Origin: a virus
Lineage: Duplodnaviria > Caudoviricetes
DNA: 64,000 bases
IMG/VR virus record: IMGVR_UViG_3300047160_009226
Span: 128,001-192,000 of that record
Direction: 5' to 3' (one strand)
Positions within the stretch are counted from its first letter, which is position 1. The number at the start of each line of letters is the position of its first letter. Under the pieces are notes generated by a model. The model was not told the origin of the DNA and ran no database searches. It saw only the letters and a list, made by a program, of their open reading frames with translations. A program made the position numbers and the translations under genes. This document shows, piece after piece, positions 9,221 through 17,415 of the stretch.

Positions 9221-10588
9221 CTAAACTCTAATTGAAATAGAACCCCTCTGCACCAGCAAAGCTTTTCTCCTAGTTCCCAATCGCTCGTAAGTTTCTCGCG
9301 TCACATATACCTTAGGCCACGGATATGCGCTAAACCTTATTTCTGCCACTTCAGTCCTCATGTCTGTTCCACAAAAACGACATTCATCCCGTTCAATCAA
9401 GTCCAACTTATGGCAACCGGGACATTTGTAAGTCTTTGCCGCTAAAATCTTGTTCTCCCTTGGAATCTTACTTGAAACCAACCAAAAAGCTCGAAACATG
9501 GATTCCAGTCTCTGTATCCGTGCTGGAATGGAAGGAGGAGCCATTCTCAATGTATGCGCAATCTCCTCGATTTGCAAACCAGCCATCAATAGAGTATAAA
9601 AATCCATCCACGTTCGCCGCTCTTTAATCATGATCGAAGGATCATAATTCGGGTTAGAGAAATCCTTCTGTGTAATAAAATCTCCTGTAAACATATCGAC
9701 ATACTGCGCATGATCCACCGGATCTTGTGTAATATAATCCACTAGTAAATAATTGGGAACCATTGGGCAAATTCCAATGTCATTAAGTTCAGGAGTTGTT
9801 ACCCTACTATTGAAACGTCCTCCTTGAAGATAGAAAACATTCATCTCTACCAATGTTGGAATTTCAATAGTTCCTGGAGGAAGAAGAGTGCATAACTTTT
9901 CAAAATCGCGACGCACAATAGTCCTGATTGGTTTCTGTAATCTCAAATATCTCTCCCAATCTTCCATAACCTCCTGCCTGATGAGATCGTCCTCAAGAAA
10001 CTCATCCTGATTGAGATCGTATAAACAGGATGCAGCTGTTCTGCCGTGTTTATCACGATCGTGTTCTCTGTCTAAAGAAAAAGCACCAGTTGTCACCTTC
10101 TTGCTTCTCCTTGACTTATATGTGTGCACATACCGTTGAATCGGCTTCAACAAAAAGTTGCGCCACGGTGAGACCAGTGGATTATATCTCTCCACCCATC
10201 TTGCCTTCACCCACTTTAGAGACATTTCCTGTACGATATCTTCAACATCATCATTCAACACTCTTGTACTGCGGACCAGTTGACATAACCAATCACGGCC
10301 ATTGCTCGATGAAAAAGCCTGCTCGAATGTTTGACCAGTGAATCCATAATTCTCAATCAACAACCGATATCTATCTCTGTAGAATTCCTCCCATGAGTCA
10401 TATGTTTTATTCAACCTCGCAAGAATGTTAATAGCTTCCTCACTGTAAAGCGAAAAACCATCTATAAAAATTTTCAAAATCTCAGCTTCCTCACCCTCCC
10501 TGGAGCATTCCCTCGCCAATAACTCAAGAATGTTCACACTCTCTGGAGTGAGGATCCACATCTGTGCTTTCTCCCGGTTGGAGTCCAT
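9221..10588 (-). CDS. Large sigma-factor-like protein with internal insertion and C-terminal zinc ribbon
   Basis: Region-2-like DDVEDIVQEMSLKW...RYNPLVSPWRNFLLKPIQRYV; region-4-like HTH LQIEEIAHTLRMAPPSIPARIQRL; CPGC...CRFC zinc ribbon. Confidence 0.6.
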   Translation of the reverse strand: MDSNREKAQMWILTPESVNILELLARECSREGEEAEILKIFIDGFSLYSEEAINILARLNKTYDSWEEFYRDRYRLLIENYGFTGQTFEQAFSSSNGRDWLCQLVRSTRVLNDDVEDIVQEMSLKWVKARWVERYNPLVSPWRNFLLKPIQRYVHTYKSRRSKKVTTGAFSLDREHDRDKHGRTAASCLYDLNQDEFLEDDLIRQEVMEDWERYLRLQKPIRTIVRRDFEKLCTLLPPGTIEIPTLVEMNVFYLQGGRFNSRVTTPELNDIGICPMVPNYLLVDYITQDPVDHAQYVDMFTGDFITQKDFSNPNYDPSIMIKERRTWMDFYTLLMAGLQIEEIAHTLRMAPPSIPARIQRLESMFRAFWLVSSKIPRENKILAAKTYKCPGCHKLDLIERDECRFCGTDMRTEVAEIRFSAYPWPKVYVTRETYERLGTRRKALLVQRGSISIRV

Positions 10589-10750
10589 TCAATCATCAGA
10601 ATAAAAACCTTCTCTCGGTTTCAACGAGAAACCAATCGTAAATGCAAAAAAGCACACAACACAATCTTGATCCTACCCATTACAGATAGTATCAGATTTA
10701 GAATACCAAGGTCTAATTCAATAAATAAGAGAAAGCCGAAGAATAACCAA

Positions 10751-12046
10751 TCACAAAACCTTGACGTTCGATATCCCTTGTACCAATCGACGTAGATGCC
10801 CCTCAGAGACCCGCTCAAGAGACCTTAAAGAATATGCACGATCGCCCATCTTGATCAATAGTGGCACCTTTACTACATTCTGTACATGCGCTGCCTGAAA
10901 GATCGCCAGGTGGAGTCTACCTGCGTCTTCTGCTGTAATCCCTGACACCAAGAGCGTTACATCGTCTCTTTTAGGCGAAGCCTTCTCTGGCTTTGGCAAA
11001 TCCTTTGTTGCTGGATCGAGATCATCAATTCCTGTCAGATTCCCCCAATTATCTCCAATCTCAATATCAACTTTCAGTGGAATATTCCATTTAGGAATGG
11101 TAGGGAGGATTTTCCCTTTAGGAGTAAGCGTCATTTCCCGGCCGATGTCCCGTAAAATTTCATACATTGCTGCGGATTCACGGATCTCAAAGTCCAATTC
11201 ATCATGAACTGTCAACATCATTTTCACGTCATCACATAACTTTTGCTTTGTGAGAAAAGAATCAACACGAGTCATGGCTATCTTCAACAGATCAGCACTC
11301 GATCCCTGAATCGGGCTGTTACATGCCGTTCTGTGACAGAATCCATGACCCATCTTCTTTCCGGCTTTCTTCCCTTTCCCCGTACCTACATTCTCATTGG
11401 CCTTGGCAATCATCGCCTTCATCTCACGTTTACGTCGAAAGAATGTCCAGACATGTCCATGTTCCTTATAATACTCTTCCTGATTCTTTGTCCATTTTTT
11501 ATAAGTCGGAACAGCACCACACCACTTCCTCCATGCAATAACTGCTTCAGCGTATGTTAGTGTTGTCAAATGCCAAAATGTATCAACACCAGAAAGATAT
11601 AGATTTCCGAAGTTGCCCATCTTAGCAATGTCTCGTTGAGCCTTATCCGGTTCGTCAGTTCGGAACATAACACGAGCCATCTCAAAATGTAAATCTCTGT
11701 CCTCCTGAAATGCTTTGACCCAGACAGGCTCACCGGACAGAAGTGCTGCCACTCGAAGCTCGATCCCAGCAAAGTCGATGCATGCCCACTTGAATCCTGG
11801 TCTAGCTATGAATGCTTCTCGAATATTGATCCCAGGGCCGATCTTGATGGTCGTCTCTTCTTTGTCACAAATAGGAAAATACAGACAACCATCACAAGAA
11901 GGACGTACACAGTAATTTGCTTTGTCACGGATATAAAAATACTTCTCCTCCGGATGCTGAAGTTTTTTCTCGGGATCAGGATAGTATGTCAAGAGCTGCT
12001 TGGGAGGCTTGACATCACCAACTTCAAGGGTTTTCTTCTCAGCCAT
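10751..12046 (-). CDS. polA: Family A DNA polymerase, C-terminal (catalytic) part of a split gene
   Basis: Motif A IDFAGIELR, motif B RDIAKMGNFGNLY, ACNSPIQGSSADLLK, motif C VHDEL; has its own RBS (AGGAGATAGGTC-ATG). Confidence 0.93.
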   Translation of the reverse strand: MAEKKTLEVGDVKPPKQLLTYYPDPEKKLQHPEEKYFYIRDKANYCVRPSCDGCLYFPICDKEETTIKIGPGINIREAFIARPGFKWACIDFAGIELRVAALLSGEPVWVKAFQEDRDLHFEMARVMFRTDEPDKAQRDIAKMGNFGNLYLSGVDTFWHLTTLTYAEAVIAWRKWCGAVPTYKKWTKNQEEYYKEHGHVWTFFRRKREMKAMIAKANENVGTGKGKKAGKKMGHGFCHRTACNSPIQGSSADLLKIAMTRVDSFLTKQKLCDDVKMMLTVHDELDFEIRESAAMYEILRDIGREMTLTPKGKILPTIPKWNIPLKVDIEIGDNWGNLTGIDDLDPATKDLPKPEKASPKRDDVTLLVSGITAEDAGRLHLAIFQAAHVQNVVKVPLLIKMGDRAYSLRSLERVSEGHLRRLVQGISNVKVL

Positions 12047-12064
12047 GACCTATCTCCTAGTTAT

Positions 12065-12238
12065 TTACACATTTTTGACCTGATATCCAGGAAGCACTGG
12101 CCCAACAAATCCAGGTGATGATGGGTCATGAAGCCAAAAATATACAATTAGATTGGGATCAAGCAATCCTAATCTAACCATCAACTCAACATCAACCTCT
12201 CTCTGGCCAAACCATTTCATCATTTCTTTTGTTGGCAT
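12065..12238 (-). CDS. Small ORF (57 aa, MPTKEMMKWFGQREV...YQVKNV) between the two polA halves
   Basis: Read by hand; below the ORF-track length cutoff; fills most of the 215 bp gap; no clear RBS. Confidence 0.45.
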   Translation of the reverse strand: MPTKEMMKWFGQREVDVELMVRLGLLDPNLIVYFWLHDPSSPGFVGPVLPGYQVKNV

Positions 12239-12261
12239 TGTTTTTCAATCATTTACTATAG

Positions 12262-13494
12262 TTATTTATTCGGGTCTTCAATCTTCACCCGCCTAACTTT
12301 AGCCGTCTTATAATCACTGGCGCTGGTAATTGCCTGCGGGTTCATTGGAGTGTACAGACTGTCGCCCTTGTCCACTCCTCCTGATGAAAATCTACCCGTA
12401 GGAGCCCCAATCGAGACGAACCGAAAAACCACCGAAGGACTGTCTTCAGTGGCAGTCAACAAAGGATCAACATAAGTTGTTATTTCCTTCACAATCGATC
12501 GATAAAAAAGAATGTCATCGACAATAGGATGCTCTTTCGCCAAAGGTGTAAGTGCTTTGGCGTTAGTCTCGTAATTCACCTGCTTCTCGTTCTGAGTTCT
12601 CTTCAATGGCACTCCCTTCTCTCTCAGAACCCGAGCCACTTCCTTGTTGGAGTCCAAGTCAAACTCTTCCTTCAAGTCGTCATAAATACCAGAAGAGACG
12701 TCATCGACCCATCGCTCCAGATCCTTATGTGCCTGCTGCAAAAATGCCCGATCAATCGTAATCCGATTCTCTGTCATTCGGCCCAACGTGCCAAGAAGTC
12801 TATGCTCCATATCGGCAATGAATCCTTGCTCTCGATCCACTTCTGGCTTACAAATATCTAAGACTGCCAATGAAAAGACTGGGTCGGCTGCCGCATATAG
12901 TGTAGCTTCTTCAGGATTCGAAAGAGAAAAGTCAATCTCCTTGGATCGCTTCCCTTTCCTAATCCCAGGAACATCATGAATGAGGTTCATCTCCTGCTTA
13001 CAAATCTCTAAGGCCGCATCCTTAAGGTTGAATTGTTTTTTATCAGAGTCGTACAGCCAACGATATACCATAGCATCGTTGAGGCTTTTTAGGGTGGTAT
13101 CACGATATACCCCCTTGTTCCGAAGAATCGTTCCCTCAAACTCCCAGTTATACACAACCACTAGTCTATGTTCAATCTCGTCCAACAACATCTGCCATAC
13201 TTGACTTGGATCCAGGTTCATTTCTGGAAAATTCATATGCTTGATCGGGACATATACCCCCTCCCTTTCTGTGAATGCCAAACAAAAACCGCACACAGAT
13301 TCCCATGTGCGGCTTAAGTCCTTCGTTTCAAAGTCGATCGAGATTCTATTAAATGCGTGCCCTCTCTGAAAGAATTCCCGAAGCTCTGACAAGGTCGTGA
13401 TCTGATACAATCTCCTCTCCGTCATCCACTCTTTCCACAAATGAGACTCCGCGAACGCTTTCTGAGTCTCTAAGGAAAAAGTATCAACTTGCAT
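12262..13494 (-). CDS. polA: Family A DNA polymerase, N-terminal part (3'-5' exonuclease plus start of polymerase domain)
   Basis: ExoI IDFET, ExoII-like YNWEFE, ExoIII YAAAD, FDLDSNKEVARVL, and TGRFSS...MNPQAI (equivalent to TGRLSS..PNLQNIP). Confidence 0.9.
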   Translation of the reverse strand: MQVDTFSLETQKAFAESHLWKEWMTERRLYQITTLSELREFFQRGHAFNRISIDFETKDLSRTWESVCGFCLAFTEREGVYVPIKHMNFPEMNLDPSQVWQMLLDEIEHRLVVVYNWEFEGTILRNKGVYRDTTLKSLNDAMVYRWLYDSDKKQFNLKDAALEICKQEMNLIHDVPGIRKGKRSKEIDFSLSNPEEATLYAAADPVFSLAVLDICKPEVDREQGFIADMEHRLLGTLGRMTENRITIDRAFLQQAHKDLERWVDDVSSGIYDDLKEEFDLDSNKEVARVLREKGVPLKRTQNEKQVNYETNAKALTPLAKEHPIVDDILFYRSIVKEITTYVDPLLTATEDSPSVVFRFVSIGAPTGRFSSGGVDKGDSLYTPMNPQAITSASDYKTAKVRRVKIEDPNK

Positions 13495-13786
13495 GAGATC
13501 CCTCGATGTATTTTTCTAAAGGACACTTCCGATCCCTGTGATAAACACATTCAATGCAATGAACCGAAGAATCTGGACAGATCGTCAAAGATAATTCAGA
13601 CACATAAAAAATAGATCTACTGTTCTCAGGATTCGAAACCAACTTGGAACCTACACCAATACCTCTCAGACGACATCTTCTCATAACAATTTGATGACAT
13701 AGCGGCCCAAGACATACATTACTAACAATCTGAGCTGTTTTAGTTGAGATCAACTTGAGACAGCGGTGACATTTGATCATAATCAA
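13484..13786 (-). CDS. Small Cys-rich protein, putative metal binding (start uncertain)
   Basis: CPDSSVHCIECVYHRDRKC plus further Cys; overlaps the upstream ORF by 47 bp, so the true start may be internal. Confidence 0.5.
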   Translation of the reverse strand: MIMIKCHRCLKLISTKTAQIVSNVCLGPLCHQIVMRRCRLRGIGVGSKLVSNPENSRSIFYVSELSLTICPDSSVHCIECVYHRDRKCPLEKYIEGSHAS

Positions 13787-14204
13787 CGTTCAACTCTCGG
13801 TCTTGTTGAGCCAAGATAATACATCCCACGGGATCAAATCGATCTCTCATTAAGAGTCTCAAAACGCTTTCCAATAAATTACCTTCAACTTTAGCTCGCA
13901 TCAGCAAATCATACTCAGGACTTATGATCTCTGGATGCTTGATATAATCTTCAATCGACTTGATCAATTCGACTCTAGTCTGATTATCTTGAGCTTTCTT
14001 CGTCTTTAAAACCAACAACAACTCCCGAAAAACGGGCTCCTTGAGCATCGCAACCATATCATTGGTCTCCTTCTTTCTACGATGTGGTAAAAATCCATTC
14101 TTAAGAAAGCCCTTCCTATGTAGTTTCTCCATCACTCTTTTAGACATACCGCCACCCTCAAAGAAAAAATCTTCCTTTTTCAATCCATTATAATTAAACA
14201 CCAA
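13740..14204 (-). CDS. Hypothetical protein (154 aa)
   Basis: ORF track; within the replication block. Confidence 0.7.
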   Translation of the reverse strand: MVFNYNGLKKEDFFFEGGGMSKRVMEKLHRKGFLKNGFLPHRRKKETNDMVAMLKEPVFRELLLVLKTKKAQDNQTRVELIKSIEDYIKHPEIISPEYDLLMRAKVEGNLLESVLRLLMRDRFDPVGCIILAQQDRELNVDYDQMSPLSQVDLN

Positions 14205-14214
14205 TCCATTAAAA

Positions 14215-14778
14215 TTAATCCTTCTTTGACAAGTTAAAATTCATTCGCTCTACAAAAGATTGGAGTGCGATTTCTCGATGCTCCTTAGGAAGAGTAGCTA
14301 TAAACACCATAAAATCGTCACATGCCTTCGCCCATTGACGATACTTATCAAACTTGGCAACCCCTCGATGATTGATTAGATGCCGCTCCAAAAACCCCCG
14401 GTAAACCCCTTCTAGAGATGGCCGATACGGCACCTGAGCCCGCCGCAACACCTCCTGAGCCCGATCCCCGTCCACCGGCCAACGAACCAGGATGGCCCCT
14501 GCAGCGGCCTCCCGATCGATGTCCCGCATGGCCGCCCAAACTTGAGTGACCGTATATTGTACTACGCAGTAAAAGCACCAAATCGTTTTATCGTCTTCGT
14601 AAATCCGGGCTGATGGCTTTGCTTCTTGTCCAAGTTTATGAACGGGACATAGAATCTGGAGTGGAACTTTCCAGATGTCATACCCAAGTTCTGTTAATAC
14701 AGCCTTCATCGAAGCAGAATGATCAGCAACAATAATCATTTCCTGAGGTGTCACATGAATCTCTCCATACCGATTCAA
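14215..14778 (-). CDS. Stand-alone CHC2 (DnaG-type) zinc-finger protein
   Basis: CPVHKLGQEAKPSARIYEDDKTIWCFYC matches the primase CHC2 zinc finger; no TOPRIM motifs follow. Confidence 0.8.
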   Translation of the reverse strand: MNRYGEIHVTPQEMIIVADHSASMKAVLTELGYDIWKVPLQILCPVHKLGQEAKPSARIYEDDKTIWCFYCVVQYTVTQVWAAMRDIDREAAAGAILVRWPVDGDRAQEVLRRAQVPYRPSLEGVYRGFLERHLINHRGVAKFDKYRQWAKACDDFMVFIATLPKEHREIALQSFVERMNFNLSKKD

Positions 14779-14993
14779 CCAGGCCGTCTGACCTTGAAAC
14801 CTTCCTCCTTCATCCTGGCCATACCCCTGTTAAGAATCTCAGTCCCTGCCGCCTTGGCCTCATCCATAGTGGAAAAACGGAAATCCGACTGGCAGATTGG
14901 AGTACCATCACCGTCGTGAATCAGTATAGCGAACTTTCCATTTTTCGCGAGAATGGTAGAACAGACCCTCATCTGAGTTTTTCCAGCACCCAT
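14775..14993 (-). CDS. Hypothetical protein (72 aa)
   Basis: ORF track; ATGA overlap with the downstream gene. Confidence 0.65.
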   Translation of the reverse strand: MGAGKTQMRVCSTILAKNGKFAILIHDGDGTPICQSDFRFSTMDEAKAAGTEILNRGMARMKEEGFKVRRPG

Positions 14994-15022
14994 TCATCAG
15001 CCCTCCCTAAATCAAGGTATCA

Positions 15023-15700
15023 TTAAGAATTCGCTTGAGGCAATCGTCTCCACATGCGAGGACTCTCATCGTTGATTCTACTACGACGTGCTAACATGGC
15101 CTGCCAAACACGACGCTCACGCTGGTCCTGTTCGTACTCGGAATATTCACGCCAAACTGTCATGCACTTATCATTATAAAGCTTGCGGAGTCCATGATCT
15201 CGGATCTGTCTGATCCGTTCCCTCGTAAGCTTAAAGATGCGGCCAACCTCCATAAGCGTGTAAGTATCTCCAGTCTCAATACCATACAAGAGTCTAAGAA
15301 TAGTTGCCTCACGTTCCTGAACGAACCTCATCGCCTCGGTAAGTTTAGCCGCAATGGCTTGTCGCTCACTCTGCTCTTCATACTCTGTAAGCCAATAGTG
15401 CTTGTCAATCACATCCTCAGACCAGAGTGGAAAAGCACCGACCACAGGATCACGATGATATGCTTTGCCATATGCTATACTGATCTGCCATAGAGCGTGT
15501 TTAGCACACCAACTAGAAAGTTTGGTACGTTTGATGTTATTCGGATCGTAGGTACGGTAAGCAAAAAGTATACCATACCAAGCCTCCTGAATCAAATCAT
15601 TGATAGAGATAGATTGATAATACGTTGAAGCCTTGGCGCGTTTAGCTGCCCAGATCGCTAAACGACGGTGCTTGATCAAGAACTCCTGTTCAGTTTCCAC
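15023..15700 (-). CDS. Sigma-70 family RNA polymerase sigma factor
   Basis: Region 2 (DLIQEAWYGILFAYRTYDP) and near-canonical region 4.2 (YTLMEVGRIFKLTRERIRQIRDHGLRKL). Confidence 0.92.
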   Translation of the reverse strand: METEQEFLIKHRRLAIWAAKRAKASTYYQSISINDLIQEAWYGILFAYRTYDPNNIKRTKLSSWCAKHALWQISIAYGKAYHRDPVVGAFPLWSEDVIDKHYWLTEYEEQSERQAIAAKLTEAMRFVQEREATILRLLYGIETGDTYTLMEVGRIFKLTRERIRQIRDHGLRKLYNDKCMTVWREYSEYEQDQRERRVWQAMLARRSRINDESPRMWRRLPQANS

Positions 15701-15715
15701 AGTAAACTTACCCTA

Positions 15716-15958
15716 TCAGACATCCTGGCTCTTGGCGACGAGAGAATCAGGCATCTCAATCCGCAGTACTTCCTTCTTCTCTGGCTCAGCAGGAAAAAGA
15801 ACTGGCTCTACTCCAAGACGCTCGTTTAGAACGACACACATGTTGAGTCGAATGCTAATCGAACCCTCTTTATTCTTCCATGCGGCTCCGACATCCATCC
15901 ATCGTTCTGTTTTCTCATCCTTGATCTTCAACCTGTAGTCTGGCTTCCGGCCCGACAT
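15716..15958 (-). CDS. Small protein with VGAAW motif (DUF736-like)
   Basis: KPDYRL...VGAAWKNKEGSISIRLN resembles DUF736-type proteins. Start placed at MSGRK (15958) to avoid overlapping dnaB. Confidence 0.55.
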   Translation of the reverse strand: MSGRKPDYRLKIKDEKTERWMDVGAAWKNKEGSISIRLNMCVVLNERLGVEPVLFPAEPEKKEVLRIEMPDSLVAKSQDV

Positions 15959-15978
15959 AATCTCTTTCTTCATTCTCA

Positions 15979-17415
15979 TCATACCACCAATAATTGTGAA
16001 AGTAGCGAATCGTCTGCCCTTGCCAATTCACCGACAAACCTGTATTCGGCTGGCATGTAAATAGAAAAGGGATCGATCAAACCAGCATCTCTCATCTTGA
16101 GATTACAGACGACGGCCTCTCTTTTCTGTCTGAGCGGCTGGTCCTGGTAAACAGTGAACAATGCATCGGCCGTCTTTTCCAATTCACTGGTATCAGCGAT
16201 GGCCTCCCTATCATATATACCCTGAGAGTCGGCCGCTTTCTTCTCCCCCACGCGATTTACTTGACAAGGCGTAATCACAGTGATCCCATAACCGTTGTCG
16301 AACTCCAGGGCTAGTTGTTTACACCGGCTAATATTCTCTGCAATACGCTCATTTCGTGAAAGACGGACTCCCTTTGGTGCTGAAAGTATATTAATGTAAT
16401 CGATCATAATCGCATCTAATGGATATTCACGATTAAAGACTTCTGCCTGTTGCTGAATATCCTCGATACTTGTGCGCCCAATTGGATTAAATACCTGAAT
16501 TGATCCATTAGCACTGTTAAGATCTGGAATCACCGTATTCAAGTAGAAGTCTGCGTCTTCCGTAGAAAGAGTGCCAAATTTAATCTGACTGTGTAAAAGT
16601 GGTTTCCTATTAAACTTGGGATCACAAGCATGAGAACAATAAAGCATTCTTAGAACTTTATCTTTACTCATTTCCAAAGAATAGAACAAGATGTTAAATC
16701 CAAGCAGTACTAGATGTCGTGCCCAGTTGATTATAAACGTACTCTTTCCATGCCCAGTCGCACCTGCCAGAATCCAAAGTTCCTTGTTATGTGCTCCTCC
16801 TGTAGCGTCATCTATCGAACTGATATTCGTCGTCATTCCATAAGAAAGTGCCGGATTTCTTGACTTTCGAATATAATCTTCAGTAAGCTCTTTCGCTCCT
16901 AGACGTAAATCCATCGGCATCTGATTCGGATTTAATTTCTGCTTAAGTTTTGTTGCTCCTGTGACAACATAATCAATGGCATCCCTAACGCCCTGCTTAA
17001 GTTCAGTATTGGCTCCTACTCTAGTTTTCACTCCCTCCTTCATAACCTGTGTCGTATCTTGGAGCAACTGAGAAAGTTCAGAGCCAACAAGGTCTCCGAT
17101 AAACCAACCAAATAAGCTCCGATAACTTGCTCCAAAAGTCTGAGTCTCTACTCCTACCTCTTTAATGTAAAGAATTAAATCTGTATTGAGGTCTACCTCG
17201 GCAAATTGAAGCAATGATGAGATAGATGGAGGTCCAGCCAGGTTTGATCTCTCATAAAACTGCTTAACCAAATCAAATGTGCTGCCCTCTACGGCCGAAA
17301 GACTCACGGATTCTATATTAGTATATCGATAATTCTCCAAGGCCTTAATTTCTTCGTCTGGAGTATTTGCGCAAAGTGATCTCAAAACCATCTTCGTCAG
17401 TGTCTTCTTATTCAT
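15979..17415 (-). CDS. dnaB: Replicative DNA helicase, DnaB-like (SF4)
   Basis: Walker A LAGATGHGKST, FYSLEM, Walker B AIMIDY, CQVNR, LEKTADALF, LKMRD. Confidence 0.93.
   Translation of the reverse strand: MNKKTLTKMVLRSLCANTPDEEIKALENYRYTNIESVSLSAVEGSTFDLVKQFYERSNLAGPPSISSLLQFAEVDLNTDLILYIKEVGVETQTFGASYRSLFGWFIGDLVGSELSQLLQDTTQVMKEGVKTRVGANTELKQGVRDAIDYVVTGATKLKQKLNPNQMPMDLRLGAKELTEDYIRKSRNPALSYGMTTNISSIDDATGGAHNKELWILAGATGHGKSTFIINWARHLVLLGFNILFYSLEMSKDKVLRMLYCSHACDPKFNRKPLLHSQIKFGTLSTEDADFYLNTVIPDLNSANGSIQVFNPIGRTSIEDIQQQAEVFNREYPLDAIMIDYINILSAPKGVRLSRNERIAENISRCKQLALEFDNGYGITVITPCQVNRVGEKKAADSQGIYDREAIADTSELEKTADALFTVYQDQPLRQKREAVVCNLKMRDAGLIDPFSIYMPAEYRFVGELARADDSLLSQLLVV

Noticed and set aside
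10595-10635. Possible intrinsic terminator downstream of polA
   Set aside because: Short alternative stems and an offset T-run; too weak to call.
12047-12261. Group I intron or split intein as the cause of the polA split
   Set aside because: No recognisable P7/R-S core sequences, no homing endonuclease, no intein terminal His-Asn followed by Cys/Ser/Thr, and the downstream half has a strong RBS.
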